Positions 26,575 through 34,548 of a stretch of 64,000 bases of DNA are shown here, in pieces. Location of the stretch: IMG/VR virus record IMGVR_UViG_3300048850_000068, positions 1 through 64,000 of that record; one strand, 5' to 3'. The notes beneath the pieces are model-generated. The model made no database searches. It saw only the letters and a list, made by a program, of their open reading frames with translations, and was not told the origin of the DNA. The stretch's first letter is position 1; each line of letters begins with the position of its first letter. A program made the position numbers and the translations under genes. The stretch comes from a virus.

Positions 26575-27178
26575 CTTTTCCAATCGCGCGAATTTCTGCC
26601 GTAACCTGATTGCGTTCCGCCCGGGTCAGGCCCATCAGGTCGAACACCTGAGCGGCCGTCAACGAGGTCGGGGCAATCGTGTTGATGCCGCGGGAACGGG
26701 CGAACTCGGCCCGGGCCTGCACGTTGTTGACCTCGCTCATGAGCTCCGGCGGTGGGCTCTCCAGGATCTCGTAGAACTGGCGCGCCCGCGGGCTGAGACG
26801 GGCAAGGGCCCTGTCGCGCAGCTCCTTCTCCTCGAGCAGCTCGTCGGAGGGACGCGCCGTGTCGGGGATCGCTGAGTGAAGCTCATTCTCGCCGTCCTCG
26901 CCGGTGGTTTTATCGAGCGAGGTTGGAGCGAGCATGAACTCGCCGATCTCGCTCTTCAGCCAACGGTTGACGTGGTTGAAGCATCCCCGCCGCAGATAGG
27001 CCACGAAGGGGACGGGGCCGGGCTGGTAGTTCGCATCCGCCTGGATCCAGGCAATCGCGAGCTCCTGCATGATATCCTCGAGCTGGATCGAGGCGGCGCC
27101 AGCAGCGCGACAGCGCCGCTGCACGCGAAGGGCGATGCCCTTCAGGACCGGGAGGCTTGCCTCGTAGCTCGTGGACAT
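26564..27178 (-). CDS. Sigma-70-like (region 2 + HTH) transcription factor
   Basis: LEDIMQE...A...Y.P..VPFVAYL....N; SLD; LARLSPR; C-terminal HTH-like segment. Confidence 0.6.
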   Translation of the reverse strand: MSTSYEASLPVLKGIALRVQRRCRAAGAASIQLEDIMQELAIAWIQADANYQPGPVPFVAYLRRGCFNHVNRWLKSEIGEFMLAPTSLDKTTGEDGENELHSAIPDTARPSDELLEEKELRDRALARLSPRARQFYEILESPPPELMSEVNNVQARAEFARSRGINTIAPTSLTAAQVFDLMGLTRAERNQVTAEIRAIGKVSQ

Positions 27179-28395
27179 CAGCCGAACATCCTCTGTGCGA
27201 CCTGGTCGAGGGCGCCCTTGTCGGAGCGCGACAGACGGTTGAGGAAGCCCTGGCGCAGGCCGATGCGGTAGTTGCCGCCCCGGACGAGTGCATTCTTGGC
27301 GACCTTGATCAGCTCGCGGGTCGAAGGCACGGAGCCGATCTTGCCGGCCTTGAATTCGTCGCGCGCCTTGTTGGCGAACTCGACAAGCTTTTCCGCTTCG
27401 CCCTTCGGGATGCCCGCCTGGGCCGACACGATCGCAGCCTCGATCACCGGCGCCATGTATTCGACCTCTTCGACGATGCCGAAGCGCGAGTAGTTGGCGG
27501 CGTTCTGGATGTTGGTGCCCTGATACAGGCCCGTCTCGTCGCCGACGCCGTTGGTGTTGCCCGTTGCGACGAAGCGGAAGTTCGGATGCGGGCGGATGAT
27601 GCGGAACTCGGGAGGCGCATCCTTGATCACCAGGGGCTTGCCCTCGAGGACCGGCTGGTAGACGGACGTGACGTTCGGCATGGCGAAGTCGTATTCGTCG
27701 GCGCAGTAGACCAGGCCCTCGATCATCGCCTGGGGCAACGGGCCGAGCTGGAATTCGGTCACGGTCTGGTTTTCGATCAGGGTGTGCTTGACGCCGTGCG
27801 CGTCGAGCTTCTCGACCTCAGCCGGACGCGAGCGCACGACATACTGCCCGATGATGTGGCTTTCTTCGGTGTTGGCGGTGTGCTGGACGCGCAGGAACGG
27901 GCGCTTGGTGCGGGCGCAGGTCTGTTCGAGGATCGTGGTCTTGCCCGTGCCGTGATAGCCCCAGAGATACATGGGCTCGTTGAGCTCCAGGGCGATGATC
28001 GCGGTCTTGACCAGTTCGATGTTGAACACATAGGCCGGATCGATGTCGGGCACGAGGGCGAGCTGGTTGTCGTCGAGGTCGACCATCACGGACACCTCGA
28101 TCGGGGCGCCGCGCGAGTTGTTGGCAGCGTTCTTGGGCAGGCCGAACACCTCGAAGAGGGGCTTGCGCTCGAAATCGGTCAGCGGCTTCGACCCTGCGGC
28201 GCCGGCAGCCTTCTTGGCCTGGGCCTGGCGCACGAGCTCCTTCGCCTTCTCGGACAGGAGCGGCGCGGTGGGGAACTGCTTGCGGTAATCGTCAAGGCTG
28301 ACGGCGGGGTGATTCTTCCGCAGGTGGAGCTCAATCGAATGAACGAGAGCGCCGTCGAGTTCGCATTTGATCTTTTCGTCAGTCATGACGGACAT
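27178..28395 (-). CDS. CobS-like MoxR AAA+ ATPase
   Basis: GYHGTGKT, ADEYD, HPNFRFVATGNTNG.GD.TGLYQGT; N-terminal C..H zinc-finger-like segment. Confidence 0.85.
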   Translation of the reverse strand: MSVMTDEKIKCELDGALVHSIELHLRKNHPAVSLDDYRKQFPTAPLLSEKAKELVRQAQAKKAAGAAGSKPLTDFERKPLFEVFGLPKNAANNSRGAPIEVSVMVDLDDNQLALVPDIDPAYVFNIELVKTAIIALELNEPMYLWGYHGTGKTTILEQTCARTKRPFLRVQHTANTEESHIIGQYVVRSRPAEVEKLDAHGVKHTLIENQTVTEFQLGPLPQAMIEGLVYCADEYDFAMPNVTSVYQPVLEGKPLVIKDAPPEFRIIRPHPNFRFVATGNTNGVGDETGLYQGTNIQNAANYSRFGIVEEVEYMAPVIEAAIVSAQAGIPKGEAEKLVEFANKARDEFKAGKIGSVPSTRELIKVAKNALVRGGNYRIGLRQGFLNRLSRSDKGALDQVAQRMFG

Positions 28396-28467
28396 CAGAA
28401 CCTCTTTCGTTGTGTGCGCTGCGCTTTCGCGCTGACTTAGACAATCTACTGTTTTAGACGCGGGATG

Positions 28468-28485
28468 CAAGTCAGAACTGACTTA
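28468..28485. promoter_or_regulatory. 18-bp palindromic operator-like site
   Basis: CAAGTCAGAACTGACTTA. Confidence 0.65.
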
Positions 28486-28539
28486 CTTTTGTAGGGATAA
28501 GAAAGGCTGAACGCAAGGGAAATCGCGGTCAGCTCGGGC

Positions 28540-28836
28540 TTATTTCAGGTCGTAGGCTCGGACATCCCACTGTCCGGGATGCTTCTTGGATGCGTGGGCT
28601 TCGCGGGCGTCGTCCTCGTTCCGGTAGACGTCCTCGACCTGCTCATCGCCGACCTGCGGCAGCCAGAACAGGATCCAGACCTGGTTCTCGACCTTCTCGC
28701 GCTCACGCTCCTCGGCCTCGTGCTCGCAGCGCCCGCACTGGATCTTGCCGAGGCCGGCGACGTTGCCGCACCGGCAGTGGGTCATCTGAGCGGTCTCGGC
28801 CTGGCGCTGAGCCCTGGTCTTAGGAGATGGGATCAT
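28540..28836 (-). CDS. Hypothetical Zn-finger protein
   Basis: CRCG...CGRC. Confidence 0.5.
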   Translation of the reverse strand: MIPSPKTRAQRQAETAQMTHCRCGNVAGLGKIQCGRCEHEAEEREREKVENQVWILFWLPQVGDEQVEDVYRNEDDAREAHASKKHPGQWDVRAYDLK

Positions 28837-29113
28837 AAGACCCTCCGTGAAAGGCACGAAAACAATCGTCCGGCGCGCACCGGCGACGGCAGGATTCCGT
28901 CACCTTGGCGCCACAACCGCCGCAGGGGTCGGCCTCGAGGATCTCCACCCTATGCCTGAGATCCGCGAGCTCCTTCGCAAGTTTGTCCCGATGCTTCAAG
29001 AACCAGAGACAAGCCCGATCATTGTTGTCCATGAAGTCGCGGTCACTCTCCATGTAACCGTCGCGCTGATGTCGGTCCCAGAGCCGGCGCTTCTTGACCT
29101 TGGGGAGCCGCAT
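28820..29113 (-). CDS. Hypothetical Cys-rich protein
   Basis: CGGC...C...C...C. Confidence 0.5.
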   Translation of the reverse strand: MRLPKVKKRRLWDRHQRDGYMESDRDFMDNNDRACLWFLKHRDKLAKELADLRHRVEILEADPCGGCGAKVTESCRRRCAPDDCFRAFHGGSYDPIS

Positions 29114-29421
29114 CAGAATTGACCCCAGGTGAAGCTGTCGAGCCGGCCGGATTCGTGGAGCTTCTTGACCCGCTCGACCTCGTCGCGGAACGGCTTCTCC
29201 TCGTGGTAGTGAACCACCTCGAGGCCGCGATCGCCGTAGGTGGCAACCCAGAAGTTCGGCTTGCGCTTGACCTCGTCGGTCAGGCGCTTGATCCAGCGGG
29301 CCGCGTCTGCCTGCTCCTCCTGCAAGGCGGAACCTTCAACAAGGATCTTGTAGAGGGGATCATCCTCAAGCTTCTTGTCCATCTGTCTCTCCCGTATGCT
29401 GTGGGACCCGCCGCTGCTCAC
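29113..29421 (-). CDS. Hypothetical protein
   Basis: Overlap-coupled ORF. Confidence 0.5.
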   Translation of the reverse strand: MSSGGSHSIRERQMDKKLEDDPLYKILVEGSALQEEQADAARWIKRLTDEVKRKPNFWVATYGDRGLEVVHYHEEKPFRDEVERVKKLHESGRLDSFTWGQF

Positions 29422-31985
29422 GCAGCGGTCAGGATCCGCTTCAACTCGCCCATGACCACGCCCGGCAGCTCCTCGACATTGTTGAGGACCATGTTCTTCG
29501 GGTAGAAGGTCCGCACCGACGCATCCTGGATGCCGATGCCGATGATCTCGACATTCGCCTTCCCCGCGTCTTCGACGACCTTATGGACGTGGCTGTAGAC
29601 CTCGCGATCGACGCCCGGACCGGTTGCGGGGCGGCCGTCAGAGAGCACCAGGATCACCTTGCGGGCTTCCTTGCGCTTGAGGATCTGATGCAGGGCGAAC
29701 TCGACGCTCTCGCCATCGACGTTCGCGCCCATATCGACCTTGTTCTGAGCCGCGACCGCGAAGCGCTTGCGCACCTCGGGCGTCACGCGCTCATCGAAGG
29801 TCTTGTAGATCGGCATGTAGAGCGCCTCGACCCGCGAGAAGAGACGGCCCAGGCGCTTCTGCTCCTTCTGCACCTCGTCCCAGTCCGCGAGCTGCCAGCC
29901 CTTCTTGCTGAAGTGGCCCATATAGTGCCCCATCTTCAAGCCGAGCGTCGTGAAGCCCGAGACCTGGTGCTTGATGCCGACCCGCTCGAGGGTCTGGGAG
30001 AGCGCATAGCCCGCCAGCATCGCGGTCGTCATCTTGGAGCCCTGCATGGACCCGGAGTTGTCGATCTTCAGGTAGACAACCGTATCCTTCGAGTTGTTGA
30101 CGTGGGTGCGGCGGAACACGCGGTCATCGTTGACCATCAGGCGATGCAGGTTGCCGGCATGCAGGCGCCCCGAGCGATAACCCGGAACACGCTGCACCAT
30201 CGAGCGCGCAGCCATCATGCGCTCGATCTCCTTCTGCATCGGACCGACCATCATACGGGTCTTGTCTTCGATGAACTCCACCCACTCGTCGGGCACGTCC
30301 TTCGGCAGTTGCAGGGTCTCGATCCGGTCGTAGTCGCGCGAGTAGACCACGTAATCGGCGCCGCGGGCATTGCGCGATGCCTCGTCCGTGATGCGGTTGG
30401 CGATGGCGTTGTCAAACTCGGTTACTTCGATGTGCTCGTGGGCGAAGGGCGAGGGCGTCGTGTCCATGTGACGATCGCCGCCTTCTTCCTCCTGCTCGCC
30501 CTGGCCTTGGCGATCGTCCTCGTTCTCTTCGCCTTCGCCATCCGTGCCTGAGCCCTGCTCAAGATCGCCATCGCGATCATCGCTCTTATCTCCTTCGCCT
30601 TCCTGCTCGTCGCCCTTCTCAGAGCCGCCTAAGCCGCCCTCTTCGTCATCACCTTCCGCTTCGTCCTTCTGATCGCCTTCATCGTCATTAGATCCATCTG
30701 AGCTTTCAGAACCGGATCCACCGGATTCCTCGTCGGCCTCATCGCCAGCGTCTTCCGGAGCGTCATCAGCATCGTCACCGGCCGAGCCCTTATTCTGCGA
30801 ATGCTCTTCGCCATCGGCTTCGTCCGCCTCTTGATCGTCATCTTGCGAACCGCCGCGGCCATTTTCGGTCTCGTCGGTATCGTCATCCTCACGCTCAGAT
30901 CCCGATTGACCAGCTTCAGAATCCCGTTCATCGGCGGCGCCATCGCCCTGATCCTCGGAATCGCCGTCGGCGCCCTTCTCACCGGCGTCGGCTTCATCAT
31001 CGCCTTCCTCCCGATCGCTACCATCTCCCGCAGAGCCTTCGTTCTTGTCGTCAGTGTCGTCGTCGGCTTCATCACCTTCGCCCGCACTGCCGGAAGAGTC
31101 CTGCTCATCGGCGTCGTCGCCTTCATCCTCTTCATTCTGCTCGCCCTTGCCCGAAGAGCCCTCGCTCTCCTTCTCGTCGTCGCTGTCGCCGCCGGAGCCC
31201 TGGTCTTCGTCGTCCTCGGGCTTGTTCTGGTTCGAACCCTTGCCGTCCTGCTTCTCATCCGACTTGTCGTCGGACTTGCCCTGGCCTTCGCCCTGCTCCT
31301 GATCGTCGCTCTCTTGCGGCGGGGGAGGGGCGGGCGGTGCCGGCGGGTAGACGATGTTGTGAAGGATCTGGGCGAGCTCCCAGGCGTCCTGCGTGCTCTT
31401 CATGAGCGGCACGCGGTCGAGGGCCTCTTGCGGCATGCGGTCCATCACCGCTTTGATCAGCGGGTGGTCCCAGTAATCGTTCATGAAGTCCTGGAACACC
31501 TTCTGGCCGGCCCAGGCTCGCACCATCGGCACGCCGAGCACGCCGAACTCGTCGGCCGGCGTTTTGCAGACGTCGAGCGCCGGCTTGGTGATCTTCTCGA
31601 GGAAGAAGGTGTGCAGGCGATTGAGGTTGTAAGCAGAACCGGGGAACCGCTTCTGCTGACACTTTTCGACCCGGGGATCCTCGAAAATGTTGCGCCACGA
31701 GTTCCAGGTTGGGCCCTTGAGGTTGGATTCACGGACAACAGTCCAGTCCGTGTCCAGAACGTGCCCGATCTCGTGATCGATGAACCCTTGAATCGCCAGA
31801 ATAAAGTCTTCGGTGGCGTTGTCCGGGATGTTCGGAATGTTCACGCGGATCGGCTCGAGGGTTCTCGCGTCGGTCTGCACGAAAGCATTCGCGCCCTCCT
31901 GCGTTACGCGCAGGCCCTTCTTGCCCGAGAGCATGCGCGTGACCTTCGTCACCACCTCTCTCAGGACAATAATATCATGGTTCAT
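29418..31985 (-). CDS. CobT-like protein: HExxH N-domain, long acidic linker, C-terminal vWA
   Basis: DHEIGH...NIFEDPRVE; IDNSGSM (MIDAS); LVLSDGRP; GIGI. Confidence 0.85.
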   Translation of the reverse strand: MNHDIIVLREVVTKVTRMLSGKKGLRVTQEGANAFVQTDARTLEPIRVNIPNIPDNATEDFILAIQGFIDHEIGHVLDTDWTVVRESNLKGPTWNSWRNIFEDPRVEKCQQKRFPGSAYNLNRLHTFFLEKITKPALDVCKTPADEFGVLGVPMVRAWAGQKVFQDFMNDYWDHPLIKAVMDRMPQEALDRVPLMKSTQDAWELAQILHNIVYPPAPPAPPPPQESDDQEQGEGQGKSDDKSDEKQDGKGSNQNKPEDDEDQGSGGDSDDEKESEGSSGKGEQNEEDEGDDADEQDSSGSAGEGDEADDDTDDKNEGSAGDGSDREEGDDEADAGEKGADGDSEDQGDGAADERDSEAGQSGSEREDDDTDETENGRGGSQDDDQEADEADGEEHSQNKGSAGDDADDAPEDAGDEADEESGGSGSESSDGSNDDEGDQKDEAEGDDEEGGLGGSEKGDEQEGEGDKSDDRDGDLEQGSGTDGEGEENEDDRQGQGEQEEEGGDRHMDTTPSPFAHEHIEVTEFDNAIANRITDEASRNARGADYVVYSRDYDRIETLQLPKDVPDEWVEFIEDKTRMMVGPMQKEIERMMAARSMVQRVPGYRSGRLHAGNLHRLMVNDDRVFRRTHVNNSKDTVVYLKIDNSGSMQGSKMTTAMLAGYALSQTLERVGIKHQVSGFTTLGLKMGHYMGHFSKKGWQLADWDEVQKEQKRLGRLFSRVEALYMPIYKTFDERVTPEVRKRFAVAAQNKVDMGANVDGESVEFALHQILKRKEARKVILVLSDGRPATGPGVDREVYSHVHKVVEDAGKANVEIIGIGIQDASVRTFYPKNMVLNNVEELPGVVMGELKRILTAA

Positions 31986-32009
31986 CGTGTGCGCCTCGTG
32001 TTGTGTCTT

Positions 32010-32027
32010 TAAGTCATCACTGACTTA
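32010..32027. promoter_or_regulatory. 18-bp palindromic operator-like site
   Basis: TAAGTCATCACTGACTTA. Confidence 0.7.
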
Positions 32028-32042
32028 CTCAGTAAAAGCACA

Positions 32043-32264
32043 CTACACAGCATTCTGTTGGATTACAAACGGAAGAAGAAGGCATGTTCCCAGGGGCGGA
32101 ACAACTACGTAAATGCTTCCACGGACCGGGTGAATACCCTTCCAGACGTCGGTGGAACCATTGGAATGATAGGATCGCTCTTCCATATCGGCGATAATAT
32201 CTGCGGCTTCGTCATGGGAAATATCAGTAAAAGGGCTGTTTTCGGCTGCGGCGGCGAGCTTCAT
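32043..32264 (-). CDS. Small hypothetical protein flanked on both sides by 18-bp palindromes
   Basis: GGGGA SD; lower GC than neighbouring genes. Confidence 0.5.
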   Translation of the reverse strand: MKLAAAAENSPFTDISHDEAADIIADMEERSYHSNGSTDVWKGIHPVRGSIYVVVPPLGTCLLLPFVIQQNAV

Positions 32265-32292
32265 GTCTGGGGTTCCCCTGTTCTCTGGGTCT

Positions 32293-32310
32293 TAAGTCAG
32301 TAATGACTTA
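32293..32310. promoter_or_regulatory. 18-bp palindromic operator-like site
   Basis: TAAGTCAGTAATGACTTA. Confidence 0.7.
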
Positions 32311-32411
32311 ATGGTGGTGGCACAGAAAAGGCGTCCTGACAAGAGACGGGACGCCATTCTGCACAGTTTCCCCAAGGGTCATGACAGATGATCCTTGGGT
32401 GGTCCGGGCGT

Positions 32412-32855
32412 TTACGCCCGAACCGTCTTGATACGCGAGCGATACCACTCGCGGAATTCGTCTTCGAGCTCCTCCGGGAACACCGTGTCGGTGTCCGGGC
32501 CATGTAGCTCCGCGGTAACCTCGCGGGCGATGCGCACCAGGCGCACCTCGGCCTTGGAGAAGACGTCACCAAAGACCTCGGCCACGGCGCTCTTCAGATC
32601 GGGCCAATACTGCTCGACACACATCCGGAAGAGAAACGCCGTATCCACGTGCAAGGCCTTGGCGAAAGCCGGGACCTTGTCCAAGGGCACCTTCATCTCG
32701 CCCTTCTTGAACATGGATATGATGTTGGGCTTGTCGTAGCCCATTTCTGCGGCAATCTCGCGCTGGGACTTCTGCCCCTGAAGCCCGTCGATGACCTTCG
32801 TTAAGTAACGAGCGAGTGGTAGATCGGCGCTCTTCATGGCAGCCCTCGCGTTCAT
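32412..32855 (-). CDS. XRE/Cro-C1-type HTH regulator (candidate immunity repressor)
   Basis: SQREIAAEMGYDKPNIISMFKKG HTH; GGAGGG SD; surrounded by palindromic sites. Confidence 0.75.
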   Translation of the reverse strand: MNARAAMKSADLPLARYLTKVIDGLQGQKSQREIAAEMGYDKPNIISMFKKGEMKVPLDKVPAFAKALHVDTAFLFRMCVEQYWPDLKSAVAEVFGDVFSKAEVRLVRIAREVTAELHGPDTDTVFPEELEDEFREWYRSRIKTVRA

Positions 32856-32941
32856 TTACATACCCTCCTAACCTCTTATGTGCTTTTCAGTTTAGATCAT
32901 TTGCTCTGCGTCTTTTACTCAAACGCTCGTTGTATCTTAGC

Positions 32942-32966
32942 TATAGCGTAATCGTTGCGGATCACA
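32942..32966 (-). promoter_or_regulatory. Phage promoter-like motif upstream of the repressor
   Basis: TGTGATCCG-N10-GCTATA. Confidence 0.5.
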
Positions 32967-33028
32967 TGCGTATAATCTTGGGAAGAACATGAGGTTACGT
33001 GTTTCCGTTGTGCTGGAGACTGACCGAT

Positions 33029-33046
33029 TAAGTCAGTTCTGAGTGA
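33029..33046. promoter_or_regulatory. 18-bp palindromic operator-like site upstream of the repressor
   Basis: TAAGTCAGTTCTGAGTGA. Confidence 0.6.
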
Positions 33047-33135
33047 ACAGTCACCAAGATAAGTCTGAGGTGTCAAGTTGGTTTCAAGTCAAAAACCCTT
33101 TTTACCGTGAACAGATGGAGAACAAAGTGCCACAC

Positions 33136-33144
33136 TTATCCACA
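33136..33144 (+). promoter_or_regulatory. DnaA box
   Basis: Perfect TTATCCACA in the long AT-richer intergenic region upstream of the rep candidate. Confidence 0.6.
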
Positions 33145-33151
33145 AGGGGTA

Positions 33152-33169
33152 TCGGTCAGGACTGACTGA
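33152..33169. promoter_or_regulatory. Degenerate 18-bp palindromic site next to the DnaA box
   Basis: TCGGTCAGGACTGACTGA. Confidence 0.5.
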
Positions 33170-33516
33170 GCACTCGCGGCAACGGACAAAAGGCAATTTA
33201 GATGGGTGAATGATTCGAATCACGCGGGAAGATTGTCGCAGCAAGGATTCGCACGGCCCAGGTTCCATAAGGTTTCTTATGCGAATCCTACCTGAATGCG
33301 CGAAAGCCCGGGAGCGACCCGGGCCATCGACAAATGGGCATCCCTGCCCTCTCCGTGTGCGCGGAGTGATTTGCTTAAACTGTCGCAGGCTGGGTCGTTC
33401 GTCAAGAGCCCACAGGTTTTGCCCGGTTCAGTCTTGGCTTAACCGTGGAATCGGAGCAGGCTTCGCGGTTAACGGGCGATTCCGCCTGTTTGGAGCAACG
33501 ATGACGTAGGAATGGA

Positions 33517-33591
33517 CAAAGCAAAGGCCCCGAAGTTGGAAGCTTCGAGGCCTTTAGGAGCCTGGTGAGGGCCCAATCGGTAACTGTTGCA
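33517..33591 (-). ncRNA. Predicted ~75-nt antisense copy-control RNA (ctRNA)
   Basis: Minus-strand promoter TTGACT-N17-TCTAAT (33626-33598) followed by hairpin AAAGGCCTCGAAG-CTTCCAA-CTTCGGGGCCTTT and GCTTT; antisense to the leader of the plus-strand rep candidate. Confidence 0.55.
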
Positions 33592-33597
33592 AGTCCG

Positions 33598-33626
33598 ATT
33601 AGACCCTCTCCGACAATCGAAGTCAA
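33598..33626 (-). promoter_or_regulatory. Sigma70-type promoter for the antisense RNA
   Basis: -35 TTGACT, exact 17-nt spacer, -10 TCTAAT. Confidence 0.6.
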
Positions 33627-33680
33627 GAGAACACCGCTTCGGTGAACGCTCCCGCTTTGCCTTCTTCACAGGAGGTTTAG

Positions 33681-34214
33681 GTGAGACAGAAATATCTTTC
33701 GCGCTGGTCGGGCAATTTCAAAGCACCCAAGCGCATGATGAGGTGGCTCGAGGAGCGCCTGGCCGGCGAGACTTACGCGGTCCAGGCCGCAACGGTCGCC
33801 GTGATGTGCATGCGGGTCTGGTGCTCGCCGGGCCGCATCGGTGAAGAATTCGCCCTTTCGCGAACGGACGTGGCCCGGAAGCTGGGTCTCAGGGAGTGGG
33901 AGACCCGCAAGGGGATCGAGCTCCTGGTCGCCGTCGGCTTCCTGTCCGCCAAAGCCCCTGAATCCTTGCAAGCCCGTCGCACAGCCAAAGGGATTCGACG
34001 CCCGCCGATCCTCTATCGCGTCTGCCTGACGATCGTCTCCTACTTCCGCAGATTGCTCGAAAAGCGTTCCGCACCAGTATTTAATCTTTCAGAAGGGAAT
34101 CTACCAAAGACCGAAGGTCTATATTCTGGTGTGGGACCCGCCGACATAAAAAAGGGCGATCCCGAAGGACCGCCCGCGCACACAAAGAGGAAACACGACT
34201 TTAGCCGGGAATGA
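33681..34214 (+). CDS. Winged-helix protein, candidate plasmid replication initiator
   Basis: Only credible plus-strand gene; AGGAGG SD; LSRTDVARKLGL...IELLVAVGFL wHTH; DnaA box and ctRNA-like element upstream. Confidence 0.55.
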   Translation: MRQKYLSRWSGNFKAPKRMMRWLEERLAGETYAVQAATVAVMCMRVWCSPGRIGEEFALSRTDVARKLGLREWETRKGIELLVAVGFLSAKAPESLQARRTAKGIRRPPILYRVCLTIVSYFRRLLEKRSAPVFNLSEGNLPKTEGLYSGVGPADIKKGDPEGPPAHTKRKHDFSRE

Positions 34215-34260
34215 ACCCTTGGCACCCAAGTCGTCAGGGATTCTGAGGTATCGACTATGG

Positions 34261-34278
34261 TAAGTCAATACTTACTTT
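34261..34278. promoter_or_regulatory. Degenerate 18-bp palindromic site between convergent genes
   Basis: TAAGTCAATACTTACTTT. Confidence 0.5.
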
Positions 34279-34548
34279 TTAGGTGGCATCGATTCCGGAG
34301 GGCCGGTGAGCGAATTCCTCAAGATGCTTTCCAATAACGTCGTGGATCTTCTCCTCGGCGATGGCCGCGGCGAGCTCCTCGATCTTGGTGATCAGGTGCT
34401 CCCGCCAGTCCCGGCGCCCGTAGGTGCCGGGCTTGGAGCCCTCGTAAAGCTCCATCGCCTTGCGCAGGTGGTCGCGCTGACGCTGAACGGGCGTTCGCGT
34501 GCCATGCTTGGCGAGGGTCTCGATGTCCTTTTGGAGCTTGTCACTCAT
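34279..34548 (-). CDS. Hypothetical protein
   Basis: Coupled to the ligase gene. Confidence 0.5.
   Translation of the reverse strand: MSDKLQKDIETLAKHGTRTPVQRQRDHLRKAMELYEGSKPGTYGRRDWREHLITKIEELAAAIAEEKIHDVIGKHLEEFAHRPSGIDAT

Noticed and set aside
27178-31985. Cobalamin biosynthesis auxiliary metabolic genes
   Set aside because: No CobN or other cob genes in the window; a MoxR/vWA chaperone interpretation is more parsimonious.
32856-33680. tRNA genes or protein-coding ORFs (33210-33509, 33402-33626) in the intergenic region
   Set aside because: No cloverleaf with a T-loop GTTC consensus was recognised; the ORFs lack an SD and phage-like codon usage.
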